A stretch of 64,000 bases of DNA, taken from Egibacteraceae bacterium (GTDB lineage: Bacteria; Actinomycetota; Nitriliruptoria; Euzebyales; Egibacteraceae). This document shows positions 8,506 through 18,236 of this stretch, piece by piece (position 1 is the first letter of the stretch; each line of letters starts with the position of its first letter). A program made the translations under genes and the position numbers. The stretch spans positions 896,973 through 960,972 of the forward strand of contig JAUJNX010000001.1 in NCBI GenBank assembly GCA_030447925.1, given 5' to 3'. Below the pieces are notes generated by a model. That model had not been told where the DNA came from and did no database searches. It worked only from the letters and a program-made list of their open reading frames with translations.

Positions 8506-9623
8506 GTGGACGCAGCCCTGGTGTCGGTGGCGGCGGGGCTGGACGGGGCGGCGCCGGACCTCGTCATCCTGTTCCTGGGCGGGCGCGCGGCGGTGGCCGA
8601 GCGGGTCGCCGCCACCGTCCGCGACCGGCTCCGCCCGCGGTCCCTGCTGGGCGTCAGCGCCGGCAGGGTCGTGGCCGACGGCGCGGAGCTGGAGCGCCCC
8701 GACGGGCTGAGCCTCTGGGCGGCGGCGCTGCCGGGGCGGTGCTCACCCCGCTGCGCTACGCGGCGCCGCGCGCGGGCGCCGGCCGCCGGCGCGGCGGGGT
8801 CGCCTGGCCCGAGCCGCCCCCCGCGACGTCCGCGCTCGTCCTGCTCGCCGACCCGGCGACCTTCCCCGCGACCTCGTTCCTGGCCTGGACCGAGCAGAGC
8901 CGCCCCGGCCTGGCGGTCTCGGGGAGGATGGCGTCGGCGGGCGGCCAGGCGGGACAACGTCCTGCTGCTGGACGGCGACGTCGTCCGCGACGGGGCGGTC
9001 GGCGTGGCGCTCGGCGGCGACATCGCGCTGCGCACGCTGGTGTCCCAAGGCTGCCGGCCCATCGGCCAGGGCCACGCGGTCACCCGGGCGGACCGCAACC
9101 TCGTGCAGGAGCTGGGCGGGTCACCGCCGGTGGACCGCATCAAGGAGACCTTCACCGAGGCCGAGCACGCCGACCGCGAGCTCATGCGCCAGGGCCTGCA
9201 CATCGGCCTGGTCGTCGACGAGTACCAGGACGACTACGGGCCCGGCGGCTTCCTGGTCCGCGGGGTCATGGGCGCCGAGCAGGGCACCGGCGCGCTGGCG
9301 ATCGGCGACGTCGTGCGCATCGGCCAGACCGTGCGCTTCCACGTGCGCGACGCCGCCAGCGCCGACGCCGACCTGCGCGCGGTGCTCGACCGCTTCACGC
9401 CCCCGCCCGGCACCGTCCCCGCGGGCGGGCTGCTGTTCTGCAACAGGCGGGGTCGCGCGCTGTTCGGCGAGCCCGACCACGACGCCGACCTGGTCCGCGC
9501 GCTGGGCGGCGTGCCGCGCTGGCCGGCTTCGCCTGCGGCGGCGAGTTCGGTCCGCTGGGGCGGCGCAGCTACGTCCACACCTTCACCGCCAGCGCCCTGG
9601 TGGTCTGCGCGCCGGAGGCGTAA
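8506..9623 (+). pseudogene. FIST domain sensor protein, >=3 frameshifts (or sequencing errors)
   Basis: FIST_N 'DLVILFLGG' in frame 1, 'LADPATFPATSFLAWTEQSRPGLAVSGRMASAGG' in frame 0, long FIST_C segment back in frame 1, terminal 'LAGFACGGEFGPLGRRSYVHTFTASALVVCAPEA' in frame 0. Confidence 0.6.
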
Positions 9624-9672
9624 CGGCGGTGTGATCCGTGCGAAACACGCACCCGAGATGCTCCAGCGAAGG

Positions 9673-10024
9673 GGGTGAGCGGATGAAGCTCGTCGTGGCG
9701 ATCGTGAAGCCGTTCAAGGTCGGGAGGACGTGAAGGTGGCGCTCCAGGGGGTGGGGTCGCAGGGCTGACCGTGACCGAGGCGCGCGGGTTCGGCCGCCAG
9801 CGCAAGGGCACACCGAGATCTACCGCGGTGCCGAGTACCAGGTGGACTTCGTGCCCAAGGCCGCATCGAGGTCATGGTCGAGGACGAGCAGGTCGACGGC
9901 GTCGTCGACGCGATCGTGAAGTCGGCGCGGACGGGCAAGATCGGCGACGAGCAAGGTCGCGATCCTCCCGCTGGACGACGTCGTGCGCATCCGCACCGGC
10001 GAGTCGGGACCCTCGGCCCTGTAG
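9673..10024 (+). pseudogene. glnB: Nitrogen regulatory protein P-II (GlnB/GlnK), several single-base indels
   Basis: 'MKLVVAIVKPFK' then premature TGA at 9721-9723; remaining conserved blocks ('LTVTEARGFGRQ','TEIYRGAEYQVDFVPK','EVMVEDEQVDGVVDAIVKSARTGKIGD','VAILPLDDVVRIRTGE') need >=4 single-base corrections, mostly a missing base in a C/G run. Confidence 0.65.
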
Positions 10025-10039
10025 GCCCGGGCGGGGGAC

Positions 10040-12824
10040 GGCCGCGGTGGCCGGCGCCAGCGCCGGGGAGCCGGCGAGGCCCCTCGACCCGGCGGCGTTC
10101 GCGGCGGTGCCGGGCGCGAGTGGTCGCGGGCCTGGACCGAGCGCATCGATGCGAGCCTGTGGCGGTGGGCCGGGGACCCTCGGCCCCCCGCCGGCGGGGC
10201 GGGCGGCCCGGGCCCCCGGCGCCGGCCGGGGTGGCCGTGGTCGCGCTCGGGGGCTACGCGCGGCGGGAGCTGTGCCCGTCCAGCGACGTCGACCTGCTGG
10301 TCCTGCACGCCCGCGCGGACCGCGACGACCTCGCCGACGTCGTCCGGCGGCTGTGCTACCCGCTGTGGGACGCGGGCCTGCAGGTCGGCTACGCCGTGCA
10401 CACGCCCGAGTCGGCGGTCCGCGCCGCGGCCGACCGGATCGAGACGGCGACCGCCTGGTCGACCGGCGGCTGGTGGCGGGGGAGCGCGGCCTGCTCGACG
10501 ATCTCGCCGCCCGCGTCGCCGCCTGGCAGCGGCGCGGCACCGCGGCTGCTGGCCGACCTCGCCACGGCGCAGGCGGGCGCGGCGGGCGCGCGGGGCGCCG
10601 GCCCGGCATGCTCGAGCCGCACCTCAAGGACGGGGCGGGTGGCCTGCGCGACCTGCAGGGGCTGCGCTGGGCGGCGCGTGGCTGGTCTGATCGGCGAGGC
10701 GAACCTCGACGCCCTCGATCACGGCGCACTACCTGGGCGCCGGCACGCGCGCGACCTCGGCGAGGCCGGCCGGACGCTGCTGGCCGCCCGCTGCGCCCTC
10801 CACCTGGTCCGCGGTGCGCCGGGCCAGGACCGAGGTCGACCGGCTCCGCCTGGACCTCCAGGACGAGGTCGCCGCCCGCCTGGGCATGGCCGACGGCGAC
10901 GAGCTGCTGCTGCGCGCCGTGGGCCTCGCGACCCACACCGTCGCCCGCGCGGCTGACCGCACCCTGGCCTGCTGCTGGAGGACGCCCGCGCCGGGCGCCG
11001 CCTGCGCCGTCCCCCGCCCGCCGCGCCCGCGCCGCGCCACCGCGCCGGCGGCGACGGCCCGCGGCTGCGGGTGCCGTCCTGGGGGCGCCCGCGACGTCCG
11101 GGCGGCGAGCCCGACGACGGGCCGGCGGCGCAACCGCGGGCTGCGCCGCGCACCCCCCGCCGACGGCGCGGGACCCGGGCCGCCCGCAGACGGCGCCGCG
11201 GGTGCGGCCCACGACGCGGTCGACGCAGCGGGGCCCGCAGCGGGAGCTGCGGGTCGGGGCCACGATGCTGTCGACGCATCGGGCCTGGCGGTGGTCGGCG
11301 GCGAGGTGGTCATCGATCCCCGCGCCACGCTGGCGGGCGACCGTCGCTGGGGCTGCGCGCGATCGCCGCCGCCGCGCGCCTCGGCGTTGTCCTGGAGCGC
11401 CACAGCGCCGAGCGGCTCACCCGCGAGGTCGCCGTCGCCGGGCCCCTGCCCTGGGACGGCGCGTCGCGGGCGGCCCTGATCGACGTCCTGGCCGCCGGCG
11501 GGGCGGCGACCGGCGCGCTCGCCGACCTGGACCAGACCGGGCTGCTCGTCGCCCACCTGCCCGGCTGGGCGCGGGTGCGGGGGCGGCCGCAGCGCAACCC
11601 GCTGCACACCTACGACCTGGACACCCACCTGTTCCAGACCGTCGCCGAGCTCCGCGAGCTGCGCCGCGGTGCCGGGAGGCCGCGTCGCCGCCGGGCTGCG
11701 CGACCCGGCGACCCTGCTGCTCGCCGCGCTGCTCCACGACGTCGGCAAGGCCTGGCCCGGCGACCACAGCATCGTCGGCGCCGACCTGGCCGCCGACTGG
11801 GTCGCGTACATGGGCTTCCCGGCCCCCGACCAGGTCGCCCGCCTGGTCCGCCACCACCTGCTCCTGCCCATCGTGGCGACCGGCCGCGACCTGGATGACC
11901 CGGCGGAGCTGGCGGCTGTCGCCGAGGCCGCGGGCGACCTCGCCACCCTGGACGGGCTGTACCTGCTGAGCCTCGCCGACGCGCGCCACCGGCCCGGCCG
12001 CGCCTCGCCCTGGAAGGACGTGCTGATCGCCCAACTGCACCGCCGGGCGCGTCCGCTGCTGGGGGCGCCGCCGGAGGAGGACGGCGTTGACCCGCGCGAG
12101 GTCGCCGCGGCCCCAGGGGCGCCGCCCCGGATGACCCGGCGGTCGCCGCCCTGCTCGACGCGGTGCCCGACGACTACCTGGTCGCCGGCGGCGTCCCCCA
12201 ACTGCTGGCCCACGCCGAGCTGCTGGCGACCGCCCCGCGGGCCGCGGCCGCCCGGGGCCCGCCCCGGGGACGACGACGGTCAGCGTCGTCGCACCGGACC
12301 GGGTGGGCCTGGTCGCCGACTGCGCCGGCGTCCTGGCCGCCTCCGGGCTGGACGTCCTGGAGGCGCGGGCCTTCACCGTCGACGACCGGCGCCCCGCCGC
12401 CGCGCCGGGCGGGCTGGCGCTGGGGTGGTACGTCGTGCGGCGCGGGGCGGGCGGAGCGGACCTGGCTCGCGTGGTGGCCGACCTGGGGCGCGCGGCGCGC
12501 CGGCGCGCTGGACGTCGCGGCGGCCGTCGCCGCCCGCGAGCGCCGCCGCGACGGCGCCCGCCCCTCCTGGCCGCCCCCGTGCCCGTCGAGGTGACCGTGG
12601 AGCCCCGCCCCGGGCGCACCGTCCTGGAGGTCCGGGCCCCCGACAGCCCGGGGCTGCTGTACCGCCTGGCCCGCGCCCTGGCCGCCGACGGCGCCGACGT
12701 CGCCGCCGCCCGCGTCGAGACCCTCGGCCCGCAGGCCCGCGACGCCTTCCTGGTCCGCGAGGACCTCGACCCGCCCCGCCGCACGGCCCTCGCCGCCGCC
12801 CTGCGCGCCGCCGCCGGCGGCTGA
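10040..12824 (+). pseudogene. glnD: [Protein-PII] uridylyltransferase/uridylyl-removing enzyme GlnD, multiple frameshifts; start approximate
   Basis: NTase 'VAVVALGGYARRELCPSSDVDLLVLH...LWDAGLQVGYAVHTPE', 'MLEPHLKDGAGGLRDLQ', HD domain 'LLAALLHDVGKAWPGDHSIVGADLAADW', two C-terminal ACT domains ending 'LRAAAGG*' at 12824; these blocks are spread over all three forward frames. Confidence 0.6.
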
Positions 12825-12870
12825 CGCCGCCGCCCCCGGGTCGCCGCCGGGGCGCGCCCGGTGCGACCCG

Positions 12871-14270
12871 CTAGAGGGACGCCGCCCTGGGTCATGCGGC
12901 GGTTGTCCAGGATGCGGTCGACCTCCTCGTCGGACAGCACGCCGGCGGCCTTCACGACCTCGCGCAGGGGCCGGTCCTCCTTCAGGGCCTGCTTCGCCAG
13001 CTCCGCGCTGCGGTCGTAGCCGATGGCGGGAACCAGCGCGGTGACCGTCGACAGGTTCATCTCCACCAGGGCGGTCGTGCGCTCGCGGTTCGCCTCGATG
13101 CCGTCGACGCACTGGCGGCGAAGTTGGTGCAGGAGGCGGCCAGCAGCGCGATCGACTCGAGCACGTTGCGCGCCATCATCGGGATGTAGACGTTCAGCTC
13201 GAACGCCCCGTTCATCCCGCCGATCGTCACGGCGGTGTCGTTGCCGATCACCTGCGCGGCGACCTGGGTCACCGACTCCGGGATCACCGGGTTCACCTTG
13301 GCGGGCATGATCGAGGACCCCGGCTGGACCTCGGGCAGGCGGATCTCGCCCAGCCCGTCGCGCGGGCCGGACCCCATCCAGCGGATGTCGTTGGCGATCT
13401 TGGTCAGCGACACGGCGATGACCTTGAGGGCGCCGGACAGCTCGACCAGGGCGTCGCGGGCGCCCTGGGCCTCGAAGTGGTCCTCGGCCTCGCGCAGCTC
13501 GGCGATGCCGGTGCGCTCGCGCAGCTCCGCGATGATGCCCTCGGTCATGCCCTCCGGCGCGTTGAGGCCGGTGCCGACGGCCGTCCCGCCCAGCGGCAGC
13601 TCGGCCAGGCGCTCCAGGGCCGACCGGACGCGCCGCCCAGCTGGACCTGGCGGGCGTACCCGCCGAACTCCTGGCCCAGCGTCACCGGGACCGCGTCCAT
13701 CAGGTGGGTGCGGCCCGGCTTCACGACGTCGGCGAACTCGGCGGCCTTCGCGCGCAGCGACGACTCCAGCGCCTCGAGGGCGGGCAGCAGGTCCTCGACC
13801 GACGCGACGTGGGCGGCGAGGTGCACCGCGGTGGGGAAGACGTCGTTGGACGACTGCCCGGCGTTCACGTGGTCGTTGGGGTGGACGGGGTCCTTGGACC
13901 CCAGGGTCCCCGCCCAGCAGCTCGATCGCGCGGTTGGCGATGACCTCGTTGGCGTTCATGTTCGACGAGGTGCCCGACCCGGTCTGGAACACGTCGACGA
14001 CGAAGTGGGCGTCGAGGTCGCCGTCGATCACCTCGGCGGCCGCCTGCTGGATGGCGCGGAGCTGGCGGTCGTCCAGGACCCCGCTGCGGTGGTTGACCGT
14101 CGCGAGCGCCGACTTCACCAGCCCGAGCGCGCGGATCAGCGCCCGCGGGATCCGGCTGGCCGGAGATCCAGGAAGTTCTCCACCGCCCGCTGGGTGGAGG
14201 CCCCGTAGTAGGCGGAGGCGGGCACCTGCATCTCGCCCATCGAGTCGCGTTCGGCGCGCGTGTCGGCCAC
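12871..14270 (-). pseudogene. fumC: Fumarate hydratase class II (FumC), >=5 frameshifts
   Basis: N-terminus 'AERDSMGEMQVPASAYYGASTQRAVENF', '[19 protein letters not shown]', '[11 protein letters not shown]...[19 protein letters not shown]', signature 'GSSIMPAKVNP', C-terminus 'LVPAIGYDRSAELAKQALKEDRPLREVV' found in different minus-strand frames; start and stop approximate. Confidence 0.6.
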
Positions 14271-14448
14271 CTCGGTCAGCTCCTGTCGCTCGCGGGATGG
14301 TTCCGTGGGGGCGAAGCCTATGACCTGCGCGCCGGGCGCCGTCTGCAGGGTCCGCTCCACCTGGGCCGGGTCCTGCGGACTCCTTGTGCGGAAGCCGCCC
14401 GGCGCCGTCTTCTCGCGCCCTGCCCGCGCCCGCACACCCTAGGCCGCC

Positions 14449-15119
14449 ATGACGACGCTGCTGCTGATCCGGCACGCGACCACCCGCGGCGACCGGGCAG
14501 CGCCTCGGGGGACGGACGCAGGCGCCCCTGGACGACGGCGGGCGCGGGCAGGCCAGGCGGCCGCACCCGGCTGGCCGACGTGCCGCTCAAGGCGGTCTAC
14601 GCCAGCCCGCTGGCGCGGACCATGGAGACGGCCGCGGCGGTCGCGGCGCCGCACCGCTTGAAGGTCCGGCCCGTCGAGCTGCTGGAGGTCGAGTACGGCC
14701 GCTGGACCGACCGCCCCCTGCGCCCGCTGTTCAAGCACAAGCTGTGGCCCGTGATCCAGGCCCGTCCGTCGCTGGTGCGCTTCCCCGGCGGCGAGACCAT
14801 CCACCAGGCCCAGCTGCGCGCCGTCGACGCCGTGGAGGAGGTGATCGCCCGGCACCGCCGCGACGTCGCCGCAGTCACCCACGCCGACGTCATCAAGGCG
14901 GTCGTGGCCTTCTACCTGGGCCAGCCGCTGGACCTGTTCCAGCGCCTGGTGGTCAGCCCGGCCTCGGTGACCGTCCTGCTGCTCGGCGACGGCACCCAGC
15001 CCGCGCTGGTGCGCTTCAACGACGACGGGCCGCTGACCGCGGACCGGTTCGCGCGGCCGACCCCGCCCCGGCCGCGCGCGACGAAGGCGACGAACGCGAA
15101 GGCGGCGACCGATGGCTGA
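14449..15119 (+). pseudogene. Histidine phosphatase family protein (MSMEG_4193-like putative phosphomutase), frameshifted near N-terminus
   Basis: 'MTTLLLIRHATT' RHG motif in ORF 14449..14661, rest ('PLKAVYASPLARTMETAAAVA...') in ORF 14580..15119; joining needs a frame change near 14500-14580. Confidence 0.55.
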
Positions 15120-15625
15120 CAGCTACGAGCTGGACCCCGTGGACTGGATCTCGGCGGGCGCGGTGGGCGAACCCGGCAGCCGGGTCTTCTACGTGCAGGC
15201 CCGCAAGGGCGCCGACCGCCTCGTCGCGCTGGTGGTCGAGAAGGGCCAGGTCGCCGCGCTCGCCCAGCTGGCCCAGCAGCTGCTGGAGCACGCGGCCTCA
15301 CCGTCACCCCGACGACCTCGACGAGGTCGCCCAGCGCCTCGTCGACCCGGTGGTCCCGGCCTGGCGGGCGGGGTCGCGTCGCTGGGGGCCGACGGGGACG
15401 CCCAGCGCTTCCTGCTGGAGGCCGAGGGAGGCTGGTCGACGACGAGGAGGGCGCCGTCGCCCGCTTCTGGATGGGGCGCGAGGACCTCGTCGCGCTGGCC
15501 GCCCACGCCGCCTGGTCGGTGACCGCCGGGGCGCGCGGACGCTGCCGGTTCTGCGGCCGGCCGATCGACCCGTCCTGGGTCACGTCTGCCCGGCCACCAA
15601 CGGCCACGGTCCGCTGACGATCTGA
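15112..15625 (+). pseudogene. DUF3090 family protein (SCO1664-partner), frameshifted
   Basis: 'MADSYELDPVDWISAGAVGEPGSRVFYVQARKG...' continues in another frame ('HRHPDDLDEVAQRLVDP') and ends with the zinc-ribbon tail 'CRFCGRPIDPSWVTSARPPTATVR'/'GHVCPATNGHGPLTI*'; stop overlaps next ATG (TGATG). Confidence 0.55.
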
Positions 15626-16368
15626 TGGCCGACCCGACCGCGGCGACGGGCGCCGACCACGAGCTGCTGCGCACCGCGGAGCTGGTCCCGATCGGCTACC
15701 TGCGCAGCGCCAGCAACCACACCCTGTACTGCGAGGTCGGCGGGCCCGACAGCGGCGTGGCGGCGGTCTACAAGCCCCGTGCCGGCGAGCGGCCGCTGTG
15801 GGACTTCCCCTCCGGCACCCTGTGCCGGCGGGAGGTCGCGGCCGACGTCGTGTCGCGCTTCCTGGGCTGGGACCTGGTGCCGCCCACGGTGCTGCGCGAC
15901 GGGCCCCTGGGACTGGGCAGCGTCCAGCTGTTCGTGCCGCACGACCCGTCGCAGCACTACTTCACGCTGGTGGAGGACGAGGCGCACCACCCCGCCCTCG
16001 CGCGCATGGCGCTGTTCGACATGGTCACCAACAACACCGACCGCAAGGGCGGGCACGTGCTGCTCGCCGACGCCGACGGGCGGCTGTGGGGGATCGACCA
16101 CGGCGTCACGTTCCACGTCCAGCCCAAGCTGCGGACGGTGATCTGGGACCTCGGCGGGACGCCGGTGGACCCGGCCTGGTCCGACGACCTGTGCCGCCTG
16201 GCCGCGGCGGTGGGCACGGCGGGCGACCCGCTCACCGCCCAGCTCGCCGACCTGCTCAGCGCAGAGGAGCTCGCGCTGCTGGCCGTCCGCGCCGAGCGCT
16301 TCGCGACCCTGCGGACCCTGCCGACCATCCCGGAGGACCGGCGCCCCTACCCCTGGCCGCCGATCTAG
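15625..16368 (+). CDS. SCO1664 family protein (TIGR03843-like, PI3/4-kinase-like fold), intact
   Basis: 247 aa clean ORF 'MADPTAATGADHELLRTAELVPIGYLRSASNHTLYCEV...TNNTDRKGGHVLL...GIDHGVTF'; translationally coupled to DUF3090 gene. Confidence 0.7.
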   Translation: MADPTAATGADHELLRTAELVPIGYLRSASNHTLYCEVGGPDSGVAAVYKPRAGERPLWDFPSGTLCRREVAADVVSRFLGWDLVPPTVLRDGPLGLGSVQLFVPHDPSQHYFTLVEDEAHHPALARMALFDMVTNNTDRKGGHVLLADADGRLWGIDHGVTFHVQPKLRTVIWDLGGTPVDPAWSDDLCRLAAAVGTAGDPLTAQLADLLSAEELALLAVRAERFATLRTLPTIPEDRRPYPWPPI

Positions 16369-16378
16369 CTGCGGGCCG

Positions 16379-16984
16379 CTACGGCGCCGTGGTCGCGCAG
16401 TCGGCGCCCACCCCGTCCGCGCTGGCCAGGACCGGGTCGCAGGTGCGGGTGCCCAGGGGGACGTCGCGGGTGTCGGTCGCCACGATCCGCGTGATGGCGG
16501 TGGCGGGGTCGAGCCGGTCGGCGAACCAGAAGCCGACCTCGTAGCCGCGGGGGCGGTTGACGGTGAGCACCCGCTCGGCGCCGTCGTCGAGCTGCACGCG
16601 CACCAGGCGCACCGACGGGTCGGTGATGCCCGCGGCGATCCAGCGGTCGTCCTCCGGCGTGCCCGACACCACGACGTCCTCCAGCACCGCCGCCGGCGGC
16701 CCCTGCACGCAGGCCCGCGGGCCGTCCTGCCCGTCGAAGGACACCACGACGCAGCTGGTGCGCTCGTCCAGCGTCCCGACCACGGTGACCTCGCGGCCCG
16801 CCACGTCGCCGATGCCGAGCACCTGGCGGTCGTTGACGCCGCCGAGCATGCCCAGGACGTCGCGCTGGGCGGCCGGGGTGAAGAACACGACCGTCAGGAC
16901 CGTCCCGGCGGACAGGAGCAGGAAGAACAGGCCGACGGCGCGCCCGGACACGGTCCGGCCGCCCGTCGAGGGGGTGGTGGCCAT
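16379..16984 (-). CDS. hypothetical membrane-anchored/secreted protein
   Basis: ~201 aa tail of ORF 16379..18178 starting 'MATTPSTGGRTVSGRAVGLFFLLLSAGTVLTVVFF' (signal anchor) then a non-repetitive soluble domain; the rest of that ORF is antisense to ilvA. Confidence 0.45.
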   Translation of the reverse strand: MATTPSTGGRTVSGRAVGLFFLLLSAGTVLTVVFFTPAAQRDVLGMLGGVNDRQVLGIGDVAGREVTVVGTLDERTSCVVVSFDGQDGPRACVQGPPAAVLEDVVVSGTPEDDRWIAAGITDPSVRLVRVQLDDGAERVLTVNRPRGYEVGFWFADRLDPATAITRIVATDTRDVPLGTRTCDPVLASADGVGADCATTAP

Positions 16985-17020
16985 GCACCCCAGTCTGTCA
17001 CCCGCGTAGGCTCCCGCCCG

Positions 17021-18232
17021 ATGGAGCTGATCACCGCCGACGACATCGCCGCCGCCGCCAAGCGCCTCGAGGGGGTCATCCAGCACACCCCCGTCGAGCT
17101 GTCCCGGGCCGTGTCGGGCGCGGTGGGGGTGGAGACCCGCCTCAAGTGCGAGCACCTCCAGCGCACCGGGTCGTTCAAGATCCGCGGCGCCTACAACCGC
17201 ATCGTGCAGCTCGACGACGACGAGCGGCGGCGCGGGGTGGTGGCGGCGTCGGCGGGCAACCACGCGCAGGGCGTCGCGCTGTCGGCCCAGCTCGCGGGCG
17301 TGCCGGCCACGATCTTCATGCCGACCTCCGCGCCGCTGCCCAAGGTCGAGGCGACCCGCGGGTACGGCGCGCGGGTGGTCCTGGAGGGCGAGGGCTTCGA
17401 CGACGCGCTCGCGGCGGCGCAGCAGTGGGGCCAGGCCCACGACGCCGTCTTCGTCCACCCCTTCGAGCACCCCGACGTCATCGCGGGGCAGGGCACGGTC
17501 GGGCTGGAGCTGACCGAGCAGATGCCCGACCTGCGCACCGTCGTGGTGCCGATGGGCGGCGGCGGGCTGATCAGCGGGATCGCGGTGGCGGTCAAGGCGT
17601 GGCGCCCCGAGGTGCGCGTCATCGGCGTGCAGGCCGCGGGCGCCGCGGCGTTCCCCGCGGCCCTGGCCGCCGGCGAGGTCGTCGCGCTGGACCGCGTGGT
17701 CACCTTCGCCGACGGGATCGCGATCAAGCGGCCCGGGGCCCTCACCCTCGCCCACGTCCGCGCCCTGGTCGACGACGTCGTCACGGTGTCCGACGAGGCG
17801 ATCGCGCGGGCCGTCCTGCTCCTGGTCGAGCGCGCGAAGCAGGTCGTCGAGCCGTCCGGCGCCGCGGGCCTGGCCGCCGTCCTGGACGAGCGCGTCAAGG
17901 CCGGGCTCGAGGGGCCGGTCGCCGTGGTGCTGTGCGGCGGGAACGTGGACCCGCTGCTGCTGGGCCGGATCATCTCCTCCGGGCTGTACGAGGAGGGGCG
18001 CTACCTGGTCCTGCACACCGTCCTCGCCGACCGGCCGGGGGCGCTGTCCCAGCTGCTCCAGCTTGTGGCGGGGGAGGGGGCCAACATCCTCGCCGTCGAG
18101 CACCACCGGCTGGGCACGCGCCTGGGGATCCTGGAGGTCGAGGTCGAGCTGGAGCTGGAGACGCGCGGCCCGGACCACATCGCCGCGGTCCTGTCCTGCC
18201 TGCGCGCCGCCGGCTACCCCACCACGGCCTGA
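17021..18232 (+). CDS. ilvA: Threonine ammonia-lyase (threonine dehydratase), biosynthetic type with C-terminal ACT-like domain
   Basis: 403 aa; PLP lysine 'GSFKIRGAYN', 'GVVAASAGNHAQGVA', glycine loop 'VPMGGGGLISG', C-terminal regulatory domain. Confidence 0.85.
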   Translation: MELITADDIAAAAKRLEGVIQHTPVELSRAVSGAVGVETRLKCEHLQRTGSFKIRGAYNRIVQLDDDERRRGVVAASAGNHAQGVALSAQLAGVPATIFMPTSAPLPKVEATRGYGARVVLEGEGFDDALAAAQQWGQAHDAVFVHPFEHPDVIAGQGTVGLELTEQMPDLRTVVVPMGGGGLISGIAVAVKAWRPEVRVIGVQAAGAAAFPAALAAGEVVALDRVVTFADGIAIKRPGALTLAHVRALVDDVVTVSDEAIARAVLLLVERAKQVVEPSGAAGLAAVLDERVKAGLEGPVAVVLCGGNVDPLLLGRIISSGLYEEGRYLVLHTVLADRPGALSQLLQLVAGEGANILAVEHHRLGTRLGILEVEVELELETRGPDHIAAVLSCLRAAGYPTTA

Positions 18233-18236
18233 GCGG

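Noticed and set aside
12160-12300. Apparent extra domains in the GlnD C-terminal region (ORFs 12163..12594 and 12174..13112)
   Set aside because: These are alternative-frame readings of the same frameshifted glnD and fumC sequence, not additional genes.
16365-16988. Alternative 207-aa minus-strand ORF overlapping the membrane-anchored hypothetical gene
   Set aside because: Its translation is Arg/Pro/Gly-rich low complexity. The other frame gives a signal anchor plus a non-repetitive domain and an ATG start.
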